DNA of 58,548 nt from an uncultured Dehalococcoidia bacterium (GCA_964421985.1 CAYQZE010000010.1:1-58548); one strand, 5' to 3'; shown: positions 9,968-19,312, counted from the stretch's first letter. Numbers and translations: made by a program. The notes: generated by a model not told the origin, from the sequence alone.

Positions 9968-10360
9968 ATGATCATCTTCACGCTCGAACAGGCGGAAGCC
10001 ATGTTGCCGAAGGTGCGTGACGAGCTGCTGGCGATGCGGGCGTGCAAGCGCGAGGTCGATGAGTTGCGCGGCAGCTTCGAGCACGCCGCCCACAAGAGCA
10101 CGGGCAACGGCCACGTGAAAGACGAGGGCGTGCTCGACGAAAAGCGCCGCAGGGCCGAGGTCCTCGTCGAGCAGATCAACGAGCGTCTCGCGCGGCTCAA
10201 CGACCGGGGCGTCGAGTTGAAGGGCATCGACGAAGGACTGATCGACTTCCCAAGCCGTCGCGATGAGCGCGTCGTCTACCTCTGCTGGCGCATGGGCGAA
10301 GACCACATAGGGTGGTGGCACGAGACCGACGCCGGGTTCGCGGGCCGGCAACCACTGTAG
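9968..10360 (+). CDS. DUF2203-like protein
   Basis: FTLEQAEAMLP...GVELKGIDEGLIDFP...VYLCWRMGE..IGWWH...GFAGRQPL. Confidence 0.85.
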   Translation: MIIFTLEQAEAMLPKVRDELLAMRACKREVDELRGSFEHAAHKSTGNGHVKDEGVLDEKRRRAEVLVEQINERLARLNDRGVELKGIDEGLIDFPSRRDERVVYLCWRMGEDHIGWWHETDAGFAGRQPL

Positions 10361-10532
10361 CCACGGGAGCCTGCGGCGCATGATGCCGCGGGACGATCGA
10401 CATAACGACCCTTCAGCGCCAGATCGATTGGATAACCGGCGTGCGCTTATGCGCGCTCAGAATTGCGTTAATCGAGTGCGTCCCCGAGAATGACCGCGAC
10501 GAGAAGTGCGAGATTCCGGCGAAGGACATGCA

Positions 10533-11039
10533 ATGGAGCAGACGATCGTCGAAGCGCGCCGGGAGACCGTAGCTCGGTCTGACGCCCCATCCGCCAGCGT
10601 CCTTTGCGAAGCAATAGAATTTGAGACGACGGCCGCTCCCGAGTTCATCGACATCACCAATGATGTGCAGCGCGTCGTCGAGGCATCGGGTATCGCCTTC
10701 GGGCAGGTCTCGGTGTTCTCGCAGCACACCACGGCGGCCATCAAGATCAACGAGCACGAGCCGCTGCTCCTCCGTGACCTCGCCCGCACACTGCGCAACT
10801 TCGCGCCGCCCAACGCCTATTACGAGCACAACGACTTCTCGCGGCGCACCGTGAACATGAACCCCGACGAGTGCGCGAACGGCCACGCACACGTGCAGCA
10901 CCTGATCCTGGGCAGCAGCGAGACGATCCCCGTCGTCGATGGCCGCATCACTCTCGGTGCCTGGCAACGCATCTTCCTCATCGAACTGGACCACCCCCGC
11001 CTGCGCCGCGTCCTCGTCAACGTCATCGGCAACGCGTAG
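10533..11039 (+). CDS. YjbQ/UPF0047 family protein
   Basis: FIDIT, HTTAAIKINE, NGHAHV, LGAWQRIFLIELD. Confidence 0.9.
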   Translation: MEQTIVEARRETVARSDAPSASVLCEAIEFETTAAPEFIDITNDVQRVVEASGIAFGQVSVFSQHTTAAIKINEHEPLLLRDLARTLRNFAPPNAYYEHNDFSRRTVNMNPDECANGHAHVQHLILGSSETIPVVDGRITLGAWQRIFLIELDHPRLRRVLVNVIGNA

Positions 11040-11176
11040 CCGCCGGCGGCCGGCCCGTGCTCACTTGTCCCGGCGGCGCACTGAACGTCGACGGCGACCG
11101 GATCCTGATCTTGCGGCGGTTCGATCAGGCAGGGTGACGCCATCGTTCGTGGGAGGAAGCAGGCATCAGCGATCAC

Positions 11177-11554
11177 GTGACAGGGCGATTTGAGTTGTTC
11201 GCCTGTGACCTGGATGCACTCCGCGACTTCTTCGTACGGGTGCTGCGATTCGAGGCCGTCCAGTCGTCGCCGTCTTATGCCGAAGTCTCTTCGGGTCACA
11301 TCCGCATCGGTCTCGGACCGGTCTCGGGTCTGCCGGTCGGGCACCCCCTGCGGCCACGAGACGGCGGCGAGCGCAAGGGGCTCGGTGTCGAGATCGTAAT
11401 CGAGACGGCGGATGTCGATGCGTTCTACCGGCACGTGCAGGCAACCGGCTACGCGATCTCGCTGCCACTTGGCGCCAGATCCTGGGGACTGCGTGACTTC
11501 CGGGTCGTGGCGCCCGAAGGATACTACGTCCGGGTCACGTCGAGAGAGCCGTAG
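11177..11554 (+). CDS. VOC/glyoxalase family protein
   Basis: DLDALRDFFVRVLRFE, DVDAFY, RSWGLRDFRVVAPEGY; SD GGGAGG upstream. Confidence 0.85.
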   Translation: MTGRFELFACDLDALRDFFVRVLRFEAVQSSPSYAEVSSGHIRIGLGPVSGLPVGHPLRPRDGGERKGLGVEIVIETADVDAFYRHVQATGYAISLPLGARSWGLRDFRVVAPEGYYVRVTSREP

Positions 11555-11561
11555 AGATCCC

Positions 11562-12653
11562 TCACTTCGGTATCAGATGTACGGCCGTCGCCTTGAACGA
11601 CGCGATCACCGGCGATCCTTCGTCGATGCCCAGTTCGTCCAGCGAACGCCGCGTGACACGCGCGGTGAGCCGGAAGCCGCAGTCGACCTCGACGCGCGCG
11701 TCCGCGCCCGTACGCACGATCCGGCCAACGCGGCCGAGGATGTGGTTGCGTGCGCTGCCCGGCGCCTGCTCGCCGGTCGGTGAGAGGCTGACGTCCTCGG
11801 GACGCAGACAGACCAGCGCTTCAGCAAACGGACCTTCGTCGACCGCCTCGATTGCATGACCCGCCGCTGTCAGCACGACGAGTCCGCCAACGCGTTCGAT
11901 CACGCGAGCCGGCACCATCGTCTCGACGCCGACGAATGCGGCGACTTGCTCGTCCGCCGGCGCGCCGAACACGTCGGCGGGCGCGCCGATCTGGCGGATC
12001 TGGCCGCCGATGAGGACCGCCACGCGGTCGCCGAGGCGCGCCGCTTCATCATGGTCATGCGTAACCAGCAGCGTCGTCATCCGGGTCTCCGCCAGCACTG
12101 CCGCGAGGTCCTCCGTTATTGCTGCGCGCGTCGGCGTGTCCAGCGCACTGAAGGGCTCGTCCAACAGCAACACGTCCGGCTCCAGCGCGAACGCTCGTGC
12201 GAGGCTGACGCGCTGCGCCTCGCCGCCGGAAAGCGTGCGCGAGGAACGCATCGCAAGGGCGCTCACGCCGAACCGCGTGAGCCAGCGCGCGGCGCGCTCG
12301 CGGCGCTCCGTGCGACCGACGCCCCGCAACCGCAGGCCGGCCTCGACGTTGGCGAGCACCGAACGGTCGAGCAGCAGCGGTTCCTGAAAGACCACTGCCA
12401 TCCGCCTACGCAGCGCCAGCTCGCGTCCGCGGACCGGTTGGCCGTCGAACAGCACCTCACCCTCTGACGCGCGTTCCAGCAGCGCGAGATGCAGGAGCAG
12501 CGTCGTCTTGCCGGCGCCGTTCGGCCCGACGACGGCGAGCGCGCTGCCGGCGAAGATATCGACGCGCGGTACGTCCAGGATGCGTGTTCCGGCCCGGAAG
12601 ACACGGAGGCCGCGCACCGCCAACGTCGGGTCGCCGGTCAGCGGTGCAGCCAA
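11562..12653 (-). CDS. tupC: Tungstate ABC transporter ATP-binding protein with TOBE domains
   Basis: Walker A GPNGAGKTT, LSGGEAQR, LLLDEP, C-terminal SARNHILG...FKATAVH; in operon with tupAB. Confidence 0.88.
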   Translation of the reverse strand: MAAPLTGDPTLAVRGLRVFRAGTRILDVPRVDIFAGSALAVVGPNGAGKTTLLLHLALLERASEGEVLFDGQPVRGRELALRRRMAVVFQEPLLLDRSVLANVEAGLRLRGVGRTERRERAARWLTRFGVSALAMRSSRTLSGGEAQRVSLARAFALEPDVLLLDEPFSALDTPTRAAITEDLAAVLAETRMTTLLVTHDHDEAARLGDRVAVLIGGQIRQIGAPADVFGAPADEQVAAFVGVETMVPARVIERVGGLVVLTAAGHAIEAVDEGPFAEALVCLRPEDVSLSPTGEQAPGSARNHILGRVGRIVRTGADARVEVDCGFRLTARVTRRSLDELGIDEGSPVIASFKATAVHLIPK

Positions 12654-13396
12654 GACCGCACCACCGGCGTTCGCGGGGCCCGCTCGGACGATCGACCGAT
12701 ATCACGGCGCATGCCGAGCTGCACCCATGTGAAGAGTGCATTGACGGCGATCATCATGGCCAGCAAGATCATGCCGAGTGCGAGGGCGGCGTCGAAATTC
12801 CCCTTGCTTTGCTCGAGCAGCACGGCGCCGGTGAGCACGCGCGTCTGACCCGAGATGTTTCCGCCGACCATCACCGACGCGCCAACCTCCGAGATCGCCG
12901 CGCCGAAGCCGGCCATGAGGGCGGCGAGCATCGGCAGCCGCACCTCTTGCAGCAGGATCCACAGCATCTGCGGCCGCGAGGCACCAAGTGCGTACACTTG
13001 CAGCCGCAACCGCGGATGCAGGCCGGCCAGCGATGCGGCGGTGAACCCCGTGATCACCGGCGTCGCGATGATTACCTGCGCGACGATGATCGCGCGCGTC
13101 GTGTAGATCCAGCCAAGCTCGCCTAGGGGCCCGCTGCGCCAGAGGACGATTGCCACAACGAGCCCGACGACCACCGGCGGCAGCCCCATGCCCGTGTTGA
13201 CGAGCGTCATCGCGATCCACCGCCCGGGGAAGCGTCCGAAGGCCAGGGCGGCGCCCAGCCCGACCCCAATGATCAGGCTGATCATCGTCGCGATGCCCGA
13301 CACATACACGGATCGCCATGCGATCTCGTACACGTCGTTGCGGTTGTGGGCCAGGAGGCCGACTGCGTCCCGTAGCCCTTCCCAGACGAGGTCCAT
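12638..13396 (-). CDS. tupB: Tungstate ABC transporter permease
   Basis: NTGMGLPPVVVGL, GPLG, FGAAISEVGASVMVGGNI..QTRVLT. Confidence 0.92.
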   Translation of the reverse strand: MDLVWEGLRDAVGLLAHNRNDVYEIAWRSVYVSGIATMISLIIGVGLGAALAFGRFPGRWIAMTLVNTGMGLPPVVVGLVVAIVLWRSGPLGELGWIYTTRAIIVAQVIIATPVITGFTAASLAGLHPRLRLQVYALGASRPQMLWILLQEVRLPMLAALMAGFGAAISEVGASVMVGGNISGQTRVLTGAVLLEQSKGNFDAALALGMILLAMMIAVNALFTWVQLGMRRDIGRSSERAPRTPVVRSWLHR

Positions 13397-13474
13397 GCGC
13401 TGCTCGCCACCATCAGGAGCGACGGGCCATCCAGCCCACCGCCCATCGGCTGCACGCCGTGACCTATCTTACCG

Positions 13475-14389
13475 CTACGATGCCGGCTCGGGCTTCCCGG
13501 CGTCCGGGAAGAAGAGCGCTTCCCCGGCCTTGTCCTTGCCGAACTCGCCGATCACCTTTTGGATGTCGGCGCGCGTCATCCACGCCGCGAATGCGCGGGC
13601 GGAGGCGACGTTGACGTTCGGGTGCTTGGCCGGATTGACGACGATGACGTGATAGACGTTCAGCAGCGCTTTGTCGCTCTGGAAGACGATCGCAAGGTCG
13701 AGGTTCGCCTTCTGCGCCAGGTACGTCGCGCGGTCGCTGATGGTATAGGCGTTCTTCTGATTGGCTATCTGCAACGTTGCGCCCATCCCCTGCCCGGACT
13801 CCGTATACCACGCTTGTCCTTTGGGCGTGACGTTGATCGCTTTCCACAGCTTCAGCTCTAACGCGTTTGTGCCGGAGTTGTCGCCGCGGCTGATGAACGC
13901 GCCCTGTTTCGCCGAGACCGCCGTCATCGCCTCGTTGGTCAACTTCGCCGACTTCAAGCCGGCCGGGTCGGCCGCTGGTCCGACGATGATGAAGTCGTTG
14001 TGCATGACGAGCGTGCGCTCAATCCCGTCGCCCGCGTCGACCATCTTCTTTTCGGCGTCGGGCGAGTGTACGAGCACGACATCGGCATCGCCGCGCGACG
14101 CCTGTTCGATCGCCTGCCCCGAGCCTACGGCGACCGTCTTGACGGTGTAGCCGGTCTCCTTCTCGAACATCGGTACCAGCACGTCCAACAGCCCGCTGTC
14201 CTGCGTGCTGGTGGTCGTCGCCAGAATCAGCGTGCCGGTCGCCTTCGTGGGTGCCGGTGACGGCGCGACTGCCGTTGTGGTTGGCGCCGATGCCGGCGTC
14301 TTGGTGCTCGTATCGTCACTGCCGCAGGATGCGGCGAGGGCGGCAAGGAGCAATGCGAGTGCGACCAGAGTGGGTGTACGACGAACCAC
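13475..14389 (-). CDS. tupA: Tungstate-binding lipoprotein
   Basis: Lipobox LAASC; TupA signature ATTTSTQDSGLL; VGSGQA, SRGDNSGT. Confidence 0.92.
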   Translation of the reverse strand: MVRRTPTLVALALLLAALAASCGSDDTSTKTPASAPTTTAVAPSPAPTKATGTLILATTTSTQDSGLLDVLVPMFEKETGYTVKTVAVGSGQAIEQASRGDADVVLVHSPDAEKKMVDAGDGIERTLVMHNDFIIVGPAADPAGLKSAKLTNEAMTAVSAKQGAFISRGDNSGTNALELKLWKAINVTPKGQAWYTESGQGMGATLQIANQKNAYTISDRATYLAQKANLDLAIVFQSDKALLNVYHVIVVNPAKHPNVNVASARAFAAWMTRADIQKVIGEFGKDKAGEALFFPDAGKPEPAS

Positions 14390-14413
14390 CGGGCGGGGCC
14401 TCCACTCAAGCAG

Positions 14414-14437
14414 CGATATGTTGGACGCAGCATATCC
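14414..14437. promoter_or_regulatory. Putative ModE operator (CGATATGT-N8-GCATATCC)
   Basis: Inverted repeat GATATG/CATATC just upstream of the tupA RBS, resembling the CGNTATATA...TATATANCG ModE consensus; a second IR (GTTGGA/TCCAAC) overlaps it. Confidence 0.55.
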
Positions 14438-14454
14438 AACGTGGCTGCTGTGGT

Positions 14455-14799
14455 CTACCCGTTGGCAGGCCCAAATGTGCGCGAGAACTGCTGCGCGAGC
14501 TCGTGCTCCGCGCCGGCTTGAAGACGCTCGTATCGCTCGATCAGCAGCCGCCCCTCCGGAGTCAGGCGTGAGCTGCCGCCGCCGGCGCCGCCGACCGTCG
14601 TATCGACGAGCTTGACTCCGAGATTCTGCTCGATCTCTTTCAGCTTGCCCCAGGCGCGGCGATAGGAGAGGTGCATGGCTTCGGCGGCGTGCGACAACGA
14701 TCCGGTCTCGTCGATCAGGCGCAGCAGGCGCACGCGATAGTCGCTGAGGGCGAGTTTGCCGTCTTGTTCAATCCAGAGCTTCAGGCGCGGTTCCACCAC
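14455..14799 (-). CDS. modE: ModE-family transcriptional regulator (N-terminal wHTH only)
   Basis: LLRLIDETGSLSHAAEAMHLSYRRAWGKLKEIE...GGAGGGSSRLTPEG; no molybdate-binding TOBE domains. Confidence 0.88.
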   Translation of the reverse strand: MVEPRLKLWIEQDGKLALSDYRVRLLRLIDETGSLSHAAEAMHLSYRRAWGKLKEIEQNLGVKLVDTTVGGAGGGSSRLTPEGRLLIERYERLQAGAEHELAQQFSRTFGPANG

Positions 14800-14855
14800 G
14801 CCAGCGTACAGGGGGGAGCACGACGATCACAGCCGCATCGAAGCTGGCAGAGAGC

Positions 14856-14919
14856 AACCCGCCGAAGGGGGCGGCGGGGAGCGTCCCTGCTACGGACGCC
14901 ACCTTCCCTTCGGCGGGTT
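14856..14919. repeat. Nested inverted repeat (14-bp perfect outer stem, 6-bp inner hairpin)
   Basis: AACCCGCCGAAGGG / CCCTTCGGCGGGTT enclosing GCGTCC / GGACGC. Confidence 0.85.
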
Positions 14920-15008
14920 ACTTCGTCGAGGCGATACTAATCTAACATTGCGCATGCATGCTCAGATATTATGTGTAAGTCTGAGGGAATCGCGCGCGGA
15001 CGCGCGAA

Positions 15009-15161
15009 TTACGCAGCCTTCAGACGAGTCGGCTGCGATTGGTCGTCCGGCGCCTGTGCCTCGGCGTCGTCCGTCGCCGAAAGACCGCGGCTCCAGAACT
15101 GGTGGAGCAGGTAGGCGCTGGACGCGGCGACGAGGACGGTCAGTACGACGAAGAACTGCAT
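15009..15161 (-). CDS. Small (50 aa) single-pass membrane protein
   Basis: MQFFVVLTVLVAASSAYLLHQFW hydrophobic N-terminus, acidic tail, purine-rich AGGGA upstream. Confidence 0.6.
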   Translation of the reverse strand: MQFFVVLTVLVAASSAYLLHQFWSRGLSATDDAEAQAPDDQSQPTRLKAA

Positions 15162-15185
15162 GACATCCCTGTCCGGCTTGCCTGG

Positions 15186-15221
15186 TGTGGCCTGGCCTTG
15201 AACGGCCAAGGCCAGGCCACA
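15186..15221. repeat. Perfect 15-bp hairpin
   Basis: TGTGGCCTGGCCTTG-aacggc-CAAGGCCAGGCCACA. Confidence 0.85.
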
Positions 15222-15289
15222 AAGTCTGACGCCTGTCGGCTTGGGGAGGCATGCGGGTGGCAGCCGGGGACTGCCGCCACCCGGCAAAC

Positions 15290-15508
15290 CTACTTCTTCT
15301 TGGCTGCCGGCTTCTTCGCTGCGGTCTTCTTCTTGGCGGCCGGCTTTCGCGACTTTGCCGCCGCCGCCTTCATGGGCTTCTTGGCGGCTGGCTTCTTCTT
15401 GGCAGCGGGCTTCTTCTTCGCTGCCGGCTTCTTCGCCGCCGTCTTCTTGGCGGCCGGCTTCTTCTTGGCTGCCGGCTTCTTCGCTGCCGGCTTCTTCGCT
15501 ACAGCCAT
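15290..15508 (-). CDS. Histone H1-like Lys/Ala/Pro-rich protein (72 aa)
   Basis: MAVAKKPAAKKPAAKKKPAAKK... tandem (P/T)AAKK repeats; AGGGA before ATG 15508. Confidence 0.8.
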   Translation of the reverse strand: MAVAKKPAAKKPAAKKKPAAKKTAAKKPAAKKKPAAKKKPAAKKPMKAAAAKSRKPAAKKKTAAKKPAAKKK

Positions 15509-15551
15509 TATTCCCTGCCTCCTGTCTTCCTTGACGCTTGTGCTCCCACCG

Positions 15552-18335
15552 TTAGGAGCAGCCACTCGTGCTGCCGCAGTTCTCACAGCGATAGCACGTC
15601 CCCGACCTGATCATGATCCAGCCGCAGCTGGCGCACGCGGGCGCGTCCGCATGCCCGTTCGCCCGCACCGCCTTGTACACGAGCGGCACAGCGTCGCCCG
15701 CACCGGTCTGTGCCTGTGCGTGCCCGTTAGTGTTTCCGTTGACGGCTGACGCGATCCCCCCGAGCGGCAGCGGATACTGTCCGGCGGCGAGCGCCGCCTT
15801 GATCGCCGGTGTCATCACGCCGACCTCGTACGCCTCCTCGGGCGACATGTAGCGGCTGGCGAGCCAGCGGAACACGTAGTCGATGATCGATTGCGCGACG
15901 GGAATGTCCCGGTTCTCGGTGCGGCCCATCGGTTCGAACCGCATGTGGCTGAAGTTGCGTACGAGGTCCTGTACGGGCACACCGTACTGGAGGGCATACG
16001 ACACCGCTCGCCCGAACGCCTCCATCAGCCCGCTCACCGTGGAACCCTGCTTGGCCATCGACAGGAAGATCTCACCCGGCGTGCCGTCGTCGTAGAGGCC
16101 GACCGTAATGTAGCCGTCGTGCCCTTCGATGCTGAACTTGTGCGTGACCGAACTGCGCGTGTCGCTCATCTTGCGGCGGATCGGGCGCTGCTCGGCGGGG
16201 GCATCCGCCGCGTCGGTTTGAGCACGCGAGGTCGACAGCGGCTGGACCGTCTTGGAGCCGTCGCGGTAGATGGCGATCGCTTTGATGCCGTGCCGCCAGG
16301 CCTCGACGTAGGTGCTGGCGACATCGTCGATCGTTGCCTCGTTAGGGAGGTTTACGGTCTTGGAGATTGCGCCGGAGATGAACGGCTGCGCCGCACCCAT
16401 CATCTTGATGTGGCCCATGTGGTGGATAGAACGCTCGCCTTGCTCTGGCCGGAACGCACAGTCGAACACGGCCAGGTGCTCTGCCCGCAGTGCGGGAGCG
16501 CCCTCAATCGTGCCGGTCTCGTCGATGTGGCGGACGATCGCTTCGACCTCTGACGGCGCGTACCCCAGGCGCTTGAGCGCTTTCGGCACCGTCTGGTTGA
16601 CGATCTTCATCATGCCACCGCCGACGAGCTTCTTGTACTTCACGAGCGCGATGTCGGGCTCAACGCCCGTGGTGTCGCAGTCCATCATGAATGCGATCGT
16701 CCCTGTCGGTGCGAGCACGGTTGCCTGTGCGTTTCGATAACCAAACTTTCTTCCCAACTCCATCGCATCATCCCACGCGCGATGTGCCGCGTCGATCATG
16801 TGCTCGGGCGCGAGCGCTGCATCTATTGTACGCGATGCGTCACGATGTTTGGCAATGACGTGCAACATCGGCTCGCGATTTTCGTGAAACGCAGGGAACG
16901 GACCGACGCGCTGCGCGATCGCGGCGGACGTCACGTACGCTTGTCCGGTCATGATCGCCGTGATCGCCGCAGCGTACGCGCGGCCTTCGTCGGAGTCGTA
17001 CGGAAGTCCGAGCGACATCAACAGCGCGCCGAGGTTTGCGTAGCCCAGACCGAGCTGGCGCATCGCTTCCGTGTTCGCCGCGATCTTCTGCGTCGGGTAG
17101 CTGGAGTTGCTGACGATGATCTCCTGTGCCCAGATCGTCGCCGTCACGGCGCGGCGGAACGACTCGACATCGAACGTGCCGTCGTCATCGACGAACTTCA
17201 TCAGGTTGAGCGACGCGAGGTTGCAGGCTGAGTTGTCGACGTGCATGTACTCCGAGCAAGGGTTGCTCGCGTTGATCCGCCCCGTGTTCGCGCAGGTGTG
17301 CCACGCGTTGATGGTGGTGTCGTACTGCATTCCAGGGTCGCCGCACTCCCATGCTGCCGCGGCCATCCGCCGCAGCAGGTCGCTCGCGTTGACGGTGCGC
17401 ACGGTGCCGCCGCCGAGCGTCGCCTTCAAGTCCCAGTCGCGGCCGTCCACGGCAGCCACCATGAACTCGTCGGACACGCGGACGGAGTTGTTGGCGTTCT
17501 GGAACTGGATCGACGACCAGGCATCGCCGTTCAGCGACATATCCCAGCCCGCCTGGCCGAGCGCCAGCGCCTTTCGCTCCTCGTTCACCTTGCAGTCGAT
17601 GAAGCCCTCGATATCGGCGTGGTCCACGTTCAACACGACCATCTTTGCGGCACGCCGCGTCTTCCCGCCCGACTTGATGGAACCGGCGATGCTGTCGGCG
17701 CCTCGCATGAAGCTGATCGGTCCCGAGGCCTGCCCGCCTGCCGAGAGTTGCTCGATGCTGGAGCGGATGGGCGAGAGGTTGACACCCGACCCCGAGCCTC
17801 CCTTGAAGATCATGCCTTCGATCTTGCACCAGTCCAGGATCGACTCCATCGTGTCTTCGACGGAGAGGATGAAGCACGCCGAGCACTGCGGCTTCTCTTC
17901 CACGCCGACGTTGAACCAGACGGGGCTGTTGAACGCCATCTTTTGGTTGAGCAGCAGGTGCGTGAGTTCGTCATGGAACGTCTTCGCCTCGGCGGCGTCA
18001 TTGAAGTAGTTGTCCTTGATGCCCCAGTCCGTGATGGCGCCGGCGACGCGGCCGATCAGCTGGCGCACGCTGTGCTCACGCCGATCGGTCCCCAGCGGCC
18101 CGCGGAAGTACTTCGACACGACGACGTTCGTCGCTGTCTGCGACCATGATGCTGGTATCTCGGCATCTTTCTGCTCGAAGAACGCATTCCCGCTCTCGTC
18201 CGCGATCACCGCCGTGCGCCGCTCCCACTGGAGCGCGTCGTAGGGATCGTCACCGGTCCGCGTAAAGAAGCGCTCGACGCTAAAGGCAGTGCTCGTAAGT
18301 GTCTTTCGGACGTCCGGCTCGGCCTGGAGCACCAT
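15552..18335 (-). CDS. nrdJ: Vitamin B12-dependent (class II) ribonucleotide reductase
   Basis: FNSPVWFN, QCSACFI, ASNPCSEY, CNLASLNL, LAPTGTI, ISKTVN, YRDGSK, C-terminal TSCPD-like and CxxC-CxxC domains. Start at ATG 18335 after AAGGAAAGGA. Confidence 0.97.
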   Translation of the reverse strand: MVLQAEPDVRKTLTSTAFSVERFFTRTGDDPYDALQWERRTAVIADESGNAFFEQKDAEIPASWSQTATNVVVSKYFRGPLGTDRREHSVRQLIGRVAGAITDWGIKDNYFNDAAEAKTFHDELTHLLLNQKMAFNSPVWFNVGVEEKPQCSACFILSVEDTMESILDWCKIEGMIFKGGSGSGVNLSPIRSSIEQLSAGGQASGPISFMRGADSIAGSIKSGGKTRRAAKMVVLNVDHADIEGFIDCKVNEERKALALGQAGWDMSLNGDAWSSIQFQNANNSVRVSDEFMVAAVDGRDWDLKATLGGGTVRTVNASDLLRRMAAAAWECGDPGMQYDTTINAWHTCANTGRINASNPCSEYMHVDNSACNLASLNLMKFVDDDGTFDVESFRRAVTATIWAQEIIVSNSSYPTQKIAANTEAMRQLGLGYANLGALLMSLGLPYDSDEGRAYAAAITAIMTGQAYVTSAAIAQRVGPFPAFHENREPMLHVIAKHRDASRTIDAALAPEHMIDAAHRAWDDAMELGRKFGYRNAQATVLAPTGTIAFMMDCDTTGVEPDIALVKYKKLVGGGMMKIVNQTVPKALKRLGYAPSEVEAIVRHIDETGTIEGAPALRAEHLAVFDCAFRPEQGERSIHHMGHIKMMGAAQPFISGAISKTVNLPNEATIDDVASTYVEAWRHGIKAIAIYRDGSKTVQPLSTSRAQTDAADAPAEQRPIRRKMSDTRSSVTHKFSIEGHDGYITVGLYDDGTPGEIFLSMAKQGSTVSGLMEAFGRAVSYALQYGVPVQDLVRNFSHMRFEPMGRTENRDIPVAQSIIDYVFRWLASRYMSPEEAYEVGVMTPAIKAALAAGQYPLPLGGIASAVNGNTNGHAQAQTGAGDAVPLVYKAVRANGHADAPACASCGWIMIRSGTCYRCENCGSTSGCS

Positions 18336-18541
18336 GATCGCGGGATTCCTTTCCTTGTCTATCCTGCCTTCGATTTCATCTCGTCGGTCGCACCGGCGCG
18401 CGCTGCCCACGCGCGACTATGAGACACTCGGCCGCTGCTGTCCGGCTCTGCGACAGCCTGATGGACACTCATGTCCGCTGCAACTGTTGTCATCCCACCT
18501 CTCGAAGCGCTAACCCCACGCTCCGCATAACGAGCGCCGCC

Positions 18542-18565
18542 CGCCGGTCGCTGAAGCGGCCGGCG
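18542..18565 (-). terminator. GC-rich hairpin, possible terminator or processing site
   Basis: CGCCGGTCGCT-ga-AGCGGCCGGCG just downstream of the 18581 ORF; no U-tract. Confidence 0.35.
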
Positions 18566-18580
18566 CGTGTCGCCCCGTGC

Positions 18581-18871
18581 TCAGTTACGAGCAGCGGGTG
18601 CGATTCCTTGCTGGTACGACCGTCGCACGCGCGACAACTCGCGGCCGACGGCCTCCGGCGTCGGCCCGGCGCGAGCGGCCGGCGAGCGCCTCGCACGCGG
18701 CGACGAGAGCAGCGTCTCGAACCGCGATTGATCCAGATTGCTCCACGGTCGGTGCTTCGGCAGCGCGATGCCATCCTCGATCGCGCGCCGGTCACCGGCG
18801 TCGGGCAACCGGGCGAGACGCCGCCGGAACCCGGTCACGACTTCATCCATGAAGTGGTCTATGCTTGGCAT
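18581..18871 (-). CDS. Hypothetical protein
   Basis: 96-aa ORF co-oriented within the nrd operon; GAAGGGG upstream; protein-like N-terminal half. Confidence 0.45.
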   Translation of the reverse strand: MPSIDHFMDEVVTGFRRRLARLPDAGDRRAIEDGIALPKHRPWSNLDQSRFETLLSSPRARRSPAARAGPTPEAVGRELSRVRRSYQQGIAPAARN

Positions 18872-18919
18872 CCTGCCCCTTCACGCCCGCCTGTACGCGG
18901 GCGTCGCTGCCGCATGTAC

Positions 18920-19312
18920 TTAGCGCCGGCCGTCCGGCTTTACCCCATCATCGACCAGCCGCAGGTGCGGCTGCGGCGTCGTGCTCGGTTCGAGCTCCGC
19001 GACCGGTTCGGTGTAGCCGGCCGCCAGGTGCTCCGGCACCCTCGCGAGGATGCGTAGCCGGTACACCGACACGCGCTGCTCGGTCGCGCCCTGGAGCTTG
19101 AACGTCAGGTGTTTGTCACTGATCGCGAGCCGCGTCCCGTCAGCCAGTTCCAGCACCAGCTCGCCACGCTCGCGCTCGAGCATGTGCATTTCCCACGACG
19201 GCCACATGGTCACCTCGGCGCGCTCGTGGTTGACTTCGCACGGGCCGTTCGCGATGAACTCGCCGCTTGCGTTGGTCAGCTTGCCTTCGATGCGCACGGA
19301 CCGCTCCTTCAT
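18920..19312 (-). CDS. Hypothetical protein
   Basis: 130 aa, beta-rich composition; ATGA overlap with the upstream ORF. Confidence 0.7.
   Translation of the reverse strand: MKERSVRIEGKLTNASGEFIANGPCEVNHERAEVTMWPSWEMHMLERERGELVLELADGTRLAISDKHLTFKLQGATEQRVSVYRLRILARVPEHLAAGYTEPVAELEPSTTPQPHLRLVDDGVKPDGRR

Noticed and set aside
14848-14875. GAGAG...CGCCGAAGG resembling a glycine riboswitch
   Set aside because: No CTCTCAGG element, and it points away from any suitable downstream gene.
15039-15749. Plus-strand Phe/Ala/Gly-rich ORF resembling a membrane protein
   Set aside because: Antisense reading of the Lys/Ala repeat gene; the minus strand has the RBS and operon context.
15552-18335. Possible intein in NrdJ
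   Set aside because: The sequence is continuous across NPCSE and the other conserved blocks; length is explained by the C-terminal domains.
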